From positions 11,842,001 to 11,906,000 of the forward strand of contig OY740814.1 in the NCBI GenBank assembly GCA_963514005.1: DNA of 64,000 nt. Direction: 5' to 3'. Every line of letters starts with the position of its first letter. The first letter of the stretch is position 1. The translations under genes were made by a program, and so were the position numbers. Below are positions 25,530 through 38,298 of the stretch, piece after piece. Under the pieces are notes generated by a model. It was not told the origin of the DNA. It saw only the letters and a list, made by a program, of their open reading frames with translations, and made no database searches. This DNA is from Raja brachyura. Taxonomy: Eukaryota.

Positions 25530-26415
25530 AGAGCTGTACGTCACAGAAACAGGCACTTCAGTCCAATTTGTCCATGCCATCCAAATTTCCAAACCGAGCT
25601 ATTCCTATTTACATGTGCCTGACTTATACCCCTCCAAATCTTTCCTAGTCTTCCTTCAAGCCAATGTTGTGTCCAATTAGCTAGATTGCCCTGGATCCCA
25701 TGATCTAAGCTTCTAAATCAGCTTATCATGCAGTGCCTTGTCAAAGGCCTTGCTAAAATCCATGCAAACAATGTCTAATGCACTCATCAATCTTCTTGGT
25801 TGCCTCTTCAAAAAATTCCACACACAAAGCCATGTTGTACTCAGTACTTGCTTTTCCTCTCAGCACATCATCAATAACGTACCAGCACTGCTGTTAGACT
25901 CACCAGTCTTTAGGTCCTAGAATTTTTCCTTGAGATCTTTCTTAAATGGAGGCACAGCTTAAGCCACCATCTGGACATATTATCTGTAGTTATCACTGAT
26001 ACAAATATCTCTGCGGGGGCTCCCGCAATTTCGTCTCTAACTGGTCCTGGGGATTTGTCTATCTTTATGCATTTTAACATCCAGCACCTCTGCCTCTGTA
26101 ATCTGGCACCCTTCAAGGCATTCACTATTTAAATTATTTTATATCATAACTTCCCCAAGTTCCCTAGCTGTCTTTCTCCACAGTAAGATATCCATTTAAC
26201 ACCTCACCCATCTCTTGTGCTTCCACATGTACTGTAGATGACTTTTAAGGAGATGTTTTCTCTCCCTAGTTACTCTATTGCCCTGAATAGTAGAATTCCT
26301 TTGGATTCTCCTTTATCTTATCTGACAAAACTATCTCATGTCCCCTTTTGCCCTCCTGATTTCCCTCAGATTCACTTGGTATCAGCTGCCTATACCCGAC
26401 ATATACCTTCTTTCT
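25530..26415 (-). mobile_element. Decayed CR1 LINE
   Basis: IKIDKSPGP and KIKENPKEFY peptides plus CR1-type 3' end. Confidence 0.75.
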
Positions 26416-27854
26416 CAGTTGCACTGTAGATTGCTCAGGAGTTCTGCCAGTGTGGCATGTGTGTGCACTGATGTCAGGCATGGTGTGCCTGTGAAATTTG
26501 CAGTTTCTATCTTTTCATCGCTACTTCTCATTATAATTTCTTTTATCTTTCCATTGATGTTTCTCGCACCTTAAATGTTACTTGAGTTTTGAAAATCCTT
26601 CTTGCTCCATATTTTTCAGGCTTTGAACCAAAAATGCTCATGTTTCTTATTTCAATATTTCTGAAATATTGTTGTTCTTGTTTTTTTCTTACTGCCAACT
26701 TGTGAGCACTACATTTGAAACAAAGTTTTACAAAGACAAACTCAATGAGCGGAGTCAGGGATATTTTGAGACATTCTAAAAATGTGTTTACTTATGCATT
26801 TTATATCCAAAGCAAAGTCATAATAGAAACATTCCTATTCCTCAGTATTAATCTGACATAAACAGTTAAAATCACACCTGCTTTAGGATCTAGTGTGGAT
26901 TTGCTCTCATCACCGTTCAACATCACAGGGAGCCTCAAGGATGTCAACATTCTTGGTTGAAACCAGTGGCCCTGTTTACAGGGACTGTGAAGGTAAGTCA
27001 CTCCTGCCTCCAAAACATGTTGTCAGATTAATACACTTTCTCTTTCTCAAACAGGAAGACCAGTGTTCCCTCTCTTGGCTACTGCAACTCTGGTATTAAT
27101 TATATGACATAGTGCTCTCATCCCCGCATCTTTTTTCCTGCCAGTAGTTGGAAACGTGGAGCATATCTATTCATTTCTATTCATGTATTAAACCCTACTG
27201 TATGATTGCTTCCTTCTCTTCTGTTTTCTTCTTTCTTTCACGTGTTATAAAGAATGCTATTTTTAGGCAGTTTAGTATCTCTAGGAATGCTCCAGCATTT
27301 AGCAATTTTAATGAAGTCTATGATTTGCCTGTTGAAACTCCAATATAATTGCTTGCTCCAAACTTCCAGGTGCTGCAAGCAGCTGCTGAGGTCAACTCTT
27401 AAGTCCTTGTTGCAGCTGCTTCCAGCTGCATTTATTGTGCCACCAAATTGATTTAAAAACAAACCTATTCCTCAGCAGGTGGCCCAGAGCTTCTTGACAC
27501 CTGAAATCATAGACCCCACCTCTATATTATCCATAGGTTTGAGCCATACAAAACAGAAACACAGGAACATGTGCAGATGATACAAGCGGTGATCGTTTTG
27601 AATTTACAATCTGCAGCTGTGCAAGCAAAGGTCATTCTCTGCTAACACAGACCATTTGCAAACTTAGTAAACTTATAGCGGCCTCGGTTGAAGACAAACC
27701 TCACAACTAAACGTATACCTGTGCCAATTGGGCTGTAGTGAGCAGCAACATCAGTGAACCACTTCTGACGGTACCCAAGATTTTTGTTGTATGTGGGAAG
27801 TCCATACCCCAATTCTTCATGAATAATAAAAACTTGGTATCCTTATTTGGTAGT

Positions 27855-28440
27855 CCTGACGGCATTTGACAAAGTGCAGCATTGAAAGTTATTGCATAAA
27901 ATAATATCTCACGACGTAGGAGAGGAACGGGAACGGAGAATTGGCATAACTTTTTGTTTTGAGTATATAAATGACTTGAATGAAAGTACTAAAGATGTAG
28001 TTACTACATTTGCTGATGACAGAAAGAGAGCGAGTGAAATGCAAATAAGGTGGCAACAAGATCAATTGATGAAAGGTTACAAAGCTCTGAAGTGAGATCT
28101 ATGTATCCCAGTGCATGATTCACAAAAGGCTAGCATGTAGTTGTAGCAAACAATTAGGAAATGTATATCATGTTACCATTTATTATGAGAAGTAGGCTTT
28201 GTTTTAAAAATACACAAAATGCTGGAGTAATTCAGCGAGTCAGGCAGCATCTCTGGAGAACATGGATATCCAACATTTTGGGCCGAGATGTTTTAGTATT
28301 GCAAGGCACTCGTAAAACCATGTCCGGAGCACTGTACATATAACTGATCTCCTTGTTAAAGGAAAGGTGGAAATGCACTGGAAGTATTTCAGGTAAGGTT
28401 TAGTGCCTGCCTTGTGAGAATGGGTGGATAGCCTAGCCTT
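27855..28440 (+). mobile_element. Decayed CR1 LINE with nested Penelope-terminus repeat
   Basis: AFDKV and YINDL...FADD motifs; insert at about 28210-28290 (gctggagtaattcagcgagtcaggcagcatctctggag). Confidence 0.7.
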
Positions 28441-29263
28441 GTACTGAGGGCAAGGAGGAACTGAGAGAAGGAAAGGTTTTTTTCTGAGATAAGGATAGGC
28501 TCAGAAATAAAATAACTTTGTAATGTTTAAATGAAGAGTGTTTTATATGAATTAGATAATCACAACCATTGGTCCCCAATAGTAAACAGAATGCAAACCC
28601 AATGATGGAAATGAGAAGCTGTGGGTTCCCGCAAACATCAAACAGAGACCACAGGAGGCAGTGCTACCGGATAAAGTCTAAAGTGAACAAAGACAATTTC
28701 CAGCTTGATCTACAAGAGGCTGTGAACCAACCCTTGGATTTATGAACTCACAACATTGGGACAATCCAAAACTCTTTTTGCAGCCAATAAAGTGTTTCAG
28801 AAAGTAGATCTCACAAACAGAATTGTGGTACAGGGTGGGAGATAAAATTATTCGTGAATACTCAGAAGGTACCTCCCTGACACTAAATCTTGTGCAAACA
28901 TGTGGGGTGGGTGGGGGGAGGTAATGGTACAGAAGCCGCTCAGATTTAATAGAACAACATTAAGCTCTAGATCGTGATCAGGGCCTGCATGACAAAAATG
29001 CACCCTGCTCATGGTTTATCCCAACATACTGTCTATCTCCTGGATATTTTGATTCCCCATTATTTGTGTGTAAGTGGTTGGATTAGGATAAACCTTTCTT
29101 ATCTAATATCAAAGGAAGTACTTTTTTTAAAATGGCACTCTTGTATATTGACAACAGTTTCCATCTCCAATGCAACATAGATCCCGAAGTCCTAAAAATA
29201 ACTTAATTAAAATGAAACCAGCTTGCTCTCCAAATTTGCCTGGTTGTAATGCTGAAGGTTCTT

Positions 29264-29279
29264 CCGCCACCTTGTGGTC
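29264..29279 (-). promoter_or_regulatory. Candidate CTCF site
   Basis: Reverse complement GACCACAAGGTGGCGG fits the CTCF core consensus. Confidence 0.45.
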
Positions 29280-30077
29280 AACATGTTGTATGAAACCTTG
29301 CGAGATCATTTGAATAATCACCATTCAATCTAATATTTTCTAACTCTAGATTATAATTATGCAATTGGGAAATGTTCAATGAAATTAGTTATCACTTGAA
29401 GGTAAACAATATACTTTTTGCAAATTCTTCCATATTCACATTCTAAGCCATAAAAGTACCCAACCATTGAAATGAATATGTATTTAAGTTATCAATAATA
29501 CAAAGATGAACATATGTCCTATTGGCAACTCATATTAAGATTTCTTTCAGGGTTTTCATGTTTCTATAAAGTAACCAAAAAGCAGTGAACGCAAAGTACT
29601 GCGAAAAGTGAATAATTTATTGAAACAAAACTAGTTTCACATAATGCGCCAGTCACAGTTGTAATGCTCAATGGATTTAGAATACGCAGAAATTGTAGAC
29701 AAGGAATCCCAGTTCAAACATAAAGTAACATCCTTTTAGTTGGTAAATATGCTTACACATATATTTCTCACATTTGGGAGAAATGGGTCTTAAGATCCAG
29801 CAGTGAGGAGCATGGTAATAAATCATTTGTGACAAGGATAGGTAATTTTGCATAATATTGACTGCAGAATTCAAAGCACCTCTCTATTCATGGAAAACAA
29901 GTGAGACTATTCAAACAATGATATTGAACCAAGTCTAAACTTAAAGGCATTTGATTGAGAAGCAGCATGCTACCACTGGAGCTATTTTTTGGACAGGTTT
30001 AAATATAGTATTTGGTCCACTATTTAAATCACTCACTTTTATTTGGGAGAATGCCTTTTCAAAATACTCGATCTCCT

Positions 30078-30143
30078 GCCGTTTGCAGACTCCTTTGTAA
30101 GTTTCAGTTTAGCCGTTTGCAGACTCCTTTGTAAGTTTCAGTT
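30078..30143. repeat. Perfect 32-bp direct tandem duplication with a ta spacer
   Basis: gccgtttgcagactcctttgtaagtttcagtt occurs twice. Confidence 0.95.
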
Positions 30144-30245
30144 GTTCACCAGACTGAACAAGAGAAGCAGCTGAAATAAATAGTGGAAAGAAGATACATG
30201 ATGGTTTTCTCACCTAGCCATTTGTGACCAACTCTAGAGAGAGAC

Positions 30246-30351
30246 GACTCTCAGTCTGAAGAAGGGTATCGACCCAAAATGGTGCCCAGTCTTTCTCTCC
30301 AGAGATGCTGCCTGTCCCACTGAGTTATCCAGCATCTTGTGTCTATCTTCA
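30246..30351 (+). mobile_element. Short hammerhead-derived insertion
   Basis: 10-bp TSD AGAGAGAGAC; CTGAAGAagggtatcgaccc with mutated GAAA. Confidence 0.85.
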
Positions 30352-30544
30352 AGAGAGAGACTGGTCAACATCAAAGAGTGGTGGCCTTGTTTATCCTATT
30401 AGCTGAAGAATTATATTAATTAAATTTGAAAAAATAGATGATTATTGACCAGCAGGCTTAGACCTCACATATATTTGCTGGTTTAATTTCCTATGATTTT
30501 TCCTGTACTATGTTACTCTCTCATCCACAAACTCCCTAGTTGGT

Positions 30545-31353
30545 ATTAGTTTATTATTCATGTCTACCAAAATACAGTAGGAAACATTTGTGTGCTTCCT
30601 AAGGAATTATATTATACATGATGAGTACAATCAAGCCGTACACAAGTACACCAGATAGTGCAAACAAATAAAAAACACTAGACTGTGGAATGTATTGTTA
30701 CAGTGTTAGGCTGTAACAATTACAGAGCAAGTGCAGATTTGAAAAGTGCAAGGTCCACAATGAATTAAATTGGCAGATCAGGATTGGACCCTAATTTGTG
30801 TGAGGACCATTCAATGGTCTGATAATAGCAGGGAATAAACTAATCCTGAGTCTGGTGGTATGTACTTTCAAGCTTTTGCATCAGCTGCCTAAAGGAAGAG
30901 GGGAGAAGAGGGAATGACCACAATTAAAATGGTCATTGGTTATGTTGATTACTTTCCCTAGCCAGCACAAGGTATCGATGGAGACAAAAGGCATTGGCAG
31001 GTTTGTGAAATGGTTTGGGTTTCATCCACAACTCTTGGTAATTTATTTGGTCTTGGGTAGAACTGTTGCTAAACCATGCGGTGATGCATGATGCTTTCAA
31101 CAGTGCACCTGTAAACATTGGAACGTGTCATTGAAGACATGCCAAACTTTCTTTGGCTTCTTAGGAAGTAGAGATGTTGCTTTCTTGGCCATAACTTCAA
31201 TGTAGTTGTCCAGGACAAATTGTTGGTGATATTTGCATCTAGAAACTCGAAGCGATCGATCATCTCCATTTTAGCACCATTGATGTTGGTTGGGGCATTT
31301 GCACCACCTCGTTTCCTGAAGTCTTCTTTGTCTTGCTGACATTGACGGGGAGG
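30545..31353 (-). mobile_element. Rex1/Babar-like LINE fragment
   Basis: FEFLDANITNNLSW, HLYFLRSQRKFGMS, YRCTVESI and CITAWFSN peptides. Confidence 0.85.
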
Positions 31354-32649
31354 TATGGCACCTCCCCGTCATACTGAGTTGGATGATCAGCCATGATCAC
31401 ATTGAATGGCGGTGCAGGCTCGAAGGGCCGAATGGCCTACTCCTGCACCTATTTTCTATGTTTCTATGTTCTACCATGTTACTAAATTCTTCAGAAACAA
31501 AACTAAAAGGTTTGTTGCAAAAAGTGACCGAGGATAAAAGCAAGGTGCAAATCATAACACATGCATGAGTAGCAAATGGGGAAGATTGGGGAATCAACAT
31601 CCCCACTTGCATGATTCTTTCCTCTGATGTTATGGCATCTAAACTATAATCGGGCTTAGCTTAAAAGATACCTGAAAGAAACGCCACCAACATGCATTAA
31701 AAGTGCCTGCAATGTAATACTATTAAGTGCCTGCAAGGAAATGTCCACTGAAGGAAACCTGCATAAATAGCTTTTACATTTAGTCCAAACCCTTATGTTC
31801 ATATAAGCTTTAAATTATTTGATGGGGTTCAGAAACTCCCAGTGTGTTATTAGCAGTGCATTGACTTTTGGAAATCATGCTGGGAAAGCTGTTCTGCTCT
31901 GTCACTCTGTTAGAGGAAGCGATGAAATTATTTGCCCTGGTGAACAATTCATCAGTCAACTGCTTGATTCACTGGTGAAGTACAGATTGACTGATATTAC
32001 TGATACTCCCTATGACAGTTAGCAATGAGCCAGGCAAGGAAAGGTTCAGAGATATAGTGACCTTGGCACTGATTGGCGACACTGATTCTGCAGTGGACAT
32101 TTGCTGAAGGCTACAATGTTGGAAATAATGCAATTTCTTCCTACATGAAGTAGAATCTGCAAACATTGTTCATTTCTGGTGTTTCAAAGCTGATGCGCCT
32201 CTTGTAAACATGGCATTATAGGTACAAGCAGAATGTTATTGAAGCAGCACAGCGGGGTTTTTCCTCCCACACAAAGAACACTAAAAATGGGGAATCTACA
32301 TTGTTGAACCAATTTTCAAAATACTAAATTAAACAACTTTGCATTTGGTTAAAACTATTAATCACATAAAATAGGGTATGCCTAAAAAATATGGCAAATC
32401 ATGTAAAGTACATTAACATTCAACAGTAAACACGAGGAGTTTTCAATGGACAACCTTTCAATATTGCCCTCCCTGTAACCACAAATTGCACTAATATCTG
32501 TCACGCAAAAAAATAGCGTAAAGGATAGTTTACCATAAATATAGTTTTCAAATTAAGATAAACAAAATTAATAACATTTAGGTATGTACCATCTAAAATT
32601 AGCTTTGTTCCATAAAACTACTTACTTTTGCAATTGATATCAGCCACTC

Positions 32650-34075
32650 GCCATTCATAAACCTTTCCCCTGAAATCCCCTTTAAAACCTCTTAATATCG
32701 CCCTCCATTTTTGAATAATGTGCCATAGGAAATAAGTGCACCATGCCTCTTATAATTTTATATGCCTCCAACAGGTCTCAGCCTCATTCACTCCAGGGAA
32801 AATAAACTAGCCTATCCCATCTCTCCCCACAACTGTCCTCCAATCCAGGCAACGCCCTGGTGAATCTGTACAGGAAAGAACTGCAGAAGCTGGTTTAAAT
32901 CGAAGGTAGACACAAAATGCTGGAGTAATTCAGCGGGTCAGGCAGCATCTCTGGAGAGAATGAATGTGACATTTCGGGTCGAGATCTACTGACTCGTCGA
33001 AGGGTCTTGACCCGATTGTCACCCATTCCTTCTCTCCAGAGATGTTGCCTGACCTGCTGAGTTACTGCAGCATTTTGTGTCTACCCTGGTGAATCTTCTC
33101 TGCACCCTCACGAGTGACATCATTTTCTGCCAATAGTGTGGAGACCAGAACTGTGCACAATCACGAACATTCCTGAATATCTTATATTAGCTATAAATGT
33201 TCTATCCCTATTTGACTTCTCAAAATACTTCACTTTGCAATTGTCAGGATTAAGTTTCATCTGTCAGCACTGTAGCCTTAGACAACCTTCCTCAGCATGC
33301 ACAACATCACTAACTTTCATGTCATCTGCAAACTCACTATTCTCCTACATTCATTTCTAAGTTGTTAATATGCATCACAAACAACAATGGCACCAGCACA
33401 TATCTCTGCAGTACACCACTGGTCACAGACATGCAATCAGAAAAGCAACCCTCCACCACTACCCTTGGCCTATTTTTGATCCAATTCTCCTACTTCAAGA
33501 ACTTAACCTGAGGAACAACCTCATCCCTTTTTATAACAACATTGAAATCCCCCCTCCCATCATTGACCTTCCATCTATTGCCCAGTTTCATTTCTTAGGT
33601 AGAGGTTCAATACTGTCCCATCTTGAGTAATACTCTCTACGTATTGTGTCAAATAAATTCCTTGCATGCACTTAACAAATTCCATCCAAGCTAAGGCAAT
33701 CCCAGTCAATACTGGAAATTTAAAATTCCCCATTACCATACCCCTATCATTCTTATATCTTTGCATGATTTGTTTACATACCACCTGTTCTTCTCATTCC
33801 CACTGTGACTAGAGTATAATCCAGCAAAGTGATTGCCCTTCACTTTTTCCCAAGTTCCACTCCTACAGCCTTGTTGGATACTCCCTCCAGGATATCCTCT
33901 AGCTTCCTCTGGTACCGCCATTATGTTCTCCCTATAATAGTGCGAATCACTCTCTTTCCCATCTCTCTCTTTCACACCTGAAATTTCTATTTCTATAAGC
34001 TGGAACATGAAGCTGCCAGTCCTGTCCTTCCTGACTATAGTTGTGATAACATCATAATTCCAATACTGATCCACA
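32650..34075 (-). mobile_element. Decayed CR1 LINE pieces (endonuclease and RT)
   Basis: VMGNFKFP...LTQYVESITQDGTVLNL endonuclease motif; RT remnants. Confidence 0.75.
32868..33083. mobile_element. Fold-back (palindromic) dimer of the Penelope/hammerhead terminus
   Basis: 13-bp TSD CCCTGGTGAATCT; about 85-bp inverted arms ggtagacacaaaatgctggag... / ...cagcattttgtgtctacc. Confidence 0.88.
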
Positions 34076-37000
34076 TCAGATCAATTTTGAAAGTTGGAGT
34101 ACAGGAAAAAAATTAAGTTTGGAGGCTCATGCTAATGGATGCACTTTAACTATTATTGAATAAAAATCACATCTCTACCAATTTGGAAGAACTGGTGTCT
34201 ATGTAAAGTGGTGCCTGAAAAGCCAACAAGGAGAATGATTGACAAATTAAATCTACAAGTCACAAAAGTATGACTTGAATATCGGGATAGGAGTAGTTCT
34301 AACTATTCCTAACGTGAATGGAATAGTTTGAAATTTAACTAGTTCAAAAACAACATATGTGCATCACCGAATTCAGGTTGAATTAAAGAGCTGCCGATGC
34401 TTGTAATGATATTGAACTTTTGGCAAGCAAGGTAGCTTTGATCGTCCAAATGTGTAACTGAAGGAAAGCTGGCAAAGATTATCATGAATTACCAGTGAGA
34501 ATTATAGGAAATGACATGTTCAACAAAACATGCAATGACTAAAATACTATTTTTTTGGTTACTGGCCAAAGAATCAGCAAGATCTCTCTCGTAACGTGTC
34601 TGATTTTTCTACTTTTCAGCAACCAATGCAAATCCTTGCTCGGTGATGGTGATTTAAAAAAAAACTATTGAGGGCTATGGATAGATTTTAAGAGGAAAAC
34701 AATAGTTTCTCACTAATGCTTAGTATTTTTAATCTACTTACAATATTTTATAATGATATTTCAAAAATGTGAATATAAAATTCAAAATTTAAACATTTTA
34801 CCCTTAGTTGTAATATTAATAAACAAACAAGAATGTATTTCAAATTCCAGTTTTTAGTTGGGATATCTGCAAGGTATAAATATTACTGTCTACAATGCAC
34901 TGCTTTACTCTGTGCTCAGTTCAACTAAGACCATCATCATTAATCACATATGGCAGTTTCTCTTCCAAAGATTACAATATGTTGTAATGTCATTCTAGAC
35001 CCGTGGTGTTAGAAATATATTCCGCTAATTGTTGTTGTTTATTTTTGTCACACAGGGTTCTGAAAGTGACCGGCAAAAGTGTATATATTTATTTTCATCT
35101 TGTGCTGTGTACACACGATGTCAATAGAATTGCCAATTTGTGAGTAGAGCAATACTGGAAAATAATTTAACCCATGACACTGAGTATGTGACCTGCTCAT
35201 CCCTCAGACTTAATTGGATCTTTCTGACATTGCACAGTGATTTATTTCCTGTGTCCCACAGTTCAGCAACTGCAACTGTGATCTTTGTATTGTTACAGTG
35301 CCTGAGCTACGCTGCTTTGACAGAGTTCACACAAGTCTTTAGGCATGAAAAAAATGTACCAGTAATGTTGTCCTTCATCATTGACATGGCTGGGAACTGT
35401 CCATCTGTTCTGCTGTTGGTGTGAAAGTTTCCAAATCTGTGTCTTGATTTTAAGCACATTTTGAAGCACATTTGGAAATATGAATGATTATAGTTGAAAC
35501 TCTGTGATTTTGTAAGTGCATCTTGCTTTAAATTCCAGCATATAATTGTTATAGAATCCTTAAGAAATGAAAGGGACCATTGAAAAGAATAATTCCTGGC
35601 ACAGCTCTCAATGCTGTGGTAAAATGGCTTCCCCTTTACCCAAAGCTCACAAACATTCTGTAACAGCATGCTATAATATTTCTCAGTTCTACACAGTTAA
35701 TAAAAACATTCCTATTAATGTTTGTGTGTTAAACAAATATATTGTATGCTATGTTAACAAAATAAATCTAAAAATGTTCCTACATGTTCCTCTATTCTAA
35801 ATTAACTTTAATCATCTCATTTAATATCAATTTTTATTTTCTCCCACTGTGATCTAGATCCTCTCAATTTTTCACCTACAACTCATCCAAAATGTTGTGG
35901 TTATGTTCCTGACCCTCACCAAATCTTTTTGATCTATTAATTCCACGTGTTCTAGTCCATTTGTTGGTCGATCATTGCTTTGATTTTTAAATTCTCAACA
36001 ATGTTTTCAAATCTGTGTTCCTCTCTTGTTATCTCCTCCTATTCCCTGTATTATGCCTGTATTCCAGTTCTATCTTCTAGCACTCCTCTTTTGCACACTG
36101 CAGCCTAGCTCTGGCCTTCCACAGAAGCACTGCTCCTTTAGGATTCTAATTAAAATCTATCTTTTTGATCAAGCTATCTATTTATGTAGCTAGGAGTCAC
36201 ATTTTGTTAGATGTCAGGTGAACTGTTATGTTTATTTTACTATGTCAAAGGATACATAAAAATGCGAGTATTTACAATTGAAGTGAAGTGTTCGATTTTG
36301 CATATGAGCTTTACATTTTGAATTATCTGGTATCTGGAAATTAGTGAGTATACTGAGTTGTTGAGACAAAGACACTATAGTATCTTTGGTTGAGACAAAA
36401 CCAATGACATGATTAAGAGAAAGTTAAGATTGTGAGTGATATGTGCAAAGAATTGATAGCTAATTCTCAATTATCATATGGGGTTCAGTGAAATATACTG
36501 CCTATTAATATTTGGGAATTAACTTTAAACTTAATGAAAAGAGAGAATGCTGGAAATTTTCAGCAGGTCAGGCCACATTTGTGGGAAGAAAAATGGAGCT
36601 TACACTTCAGGTTGAAGAATAGTACAGAGTATTTCCAACATCTTTTTTAATTTCAAATTTCCAACATCTGCAGCTTATTTTGATTTTCTACTTTAATTCT
36701 ACTTTAATTATATGTTTTCCAATTGTGCCCATTCAGCCTGAAAGCCAGTTTATCAAATATAAATAAAGGCGTGTGTTCATAAAAGAGTCCAACTATTTAA
36801 TCTCAACTTTCTTGTTACAATAACAAATTATGTCATACTGTTCATTTTTGTACTATCTGTGGAATTATATATATTTTAAATATTGACATTGTTTGGATAG
36901 CACTGATTTTTGAGGGAAAGTCAACCTTGAAATTGCCTAAGCTGACATGCTAAAGCTTAATTTGACTATGAGATTTTGCAGCAAAATTAATTTCTCCTGA

Positions 37001-38298
37001 TGTTCAAAGCATTGGCTGGGCACCACTCTTTCCTGCATGCAGTCTCTGAATGGAAATAAAATTATGGGTGAATCCAGGGTCAGTTCAGGAGAGTTTAGGA
37101 GCGAAAGAGAGGGCCACATTTGGGAGCCCAGATAGGTCCTTAAGGGTGGTGGTGGGGGCATGGGAGAGGCTGTACTGTGACGTATACCTCTGGAAGAAAC
37201 GGTTGATATGCACAGAGATCAAATCGTGCCAAGAATGTACCTGGAGATTCGGGTACAGAAGTCCAAATGGAGAAGTTGCTGAGTAACAGGGTGTTTGGTC
37301 ATGAGATTGGGGATAGGGCAGTGGGTTGCTGAGGTCGGTGGCGCATTCAACTGGGTTCCCAGTATTGAAGTAAAATCAGTCCAAGGAGCAACTGCTGCAG
37401 CAGAGGGACAATTTTACAGTAACATGATTGATCTGGGAGTGCCCAATAATAGGTGCTCCTTAAAACAATAAACCCTAATTCCTGATCACAAGACAGCATT
37501 GGAAATCACTTTGTCTTGTGGGTGATTCATCAGAAATGAAGTGCTCTTTTGAATTCATTTTGATCCATTCTAGAATTGGTGGAATTCAGAAATATTGAAC
37601 CAATGAAGAATAGTTCACACATTTTAATTCTGTCATGATTTATTTCCCTTTCTTATTATAAAGATTACAACATATGAATTTATATTGCTATACTTTTGAT
37701 TCTAATTAAGCAAATATGTAATTAAAATCAATTTGTGACATGTCTACTACTTCAAAATTAGAGTAACACAACATTTGATATATATGTAAATTGTCTGGAC
37801 TTTGAGATGTTGACAACTCTATTAATTATGTCACAGTAAAATTTCATTAGCACAATGATTTTTTTGGTGTTTATTTTTTAAGTCATATTTTATTTGATTG
37901 CAAAAGCATTAAACAGATGGATAAAAGTTGTTGTTACCAATGCAATTTTGAAAATAGATCTTGATTCAAAGTTTAAATAACCAAGTGGATTAGAATAATG
38001 AGTGGTACTCTATTTATATTGCACTTGGAATTTATGCAGGGTTCATAGAGTCATTCAAGTGCTTCACCAATTTCTCTTCAAAACTATCTTTAATGCTCGG
38101 AGCAATTCAAAGCGAACAACTTCAATTTGTTTAAATTCTGAACATGCACCTCAGAACATCCTATGCCCATTGTACATGAAACATAAACTGTTGGTGCCTT
38201 TCGTGATAACTTGGGATACATTTTAGAACAAGATTGAAACAAAATCTTCTGAACTATCCTCTTTTTGATTCAAAAACATAAATACAAATAAAGTAACT

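Noticed and set aside
34090-34625. Possible hAT transposase C-terminal relic (FW...SATNA)
   Set aside because: Too degraded and no TIRs found; cannot be supported without a profile search.
35140-35669. ORFs of 94-120 aa in apparently unique sequence
   Set aside because: No recognisable motif or flanking splice sites; may be an ancient TE relic.
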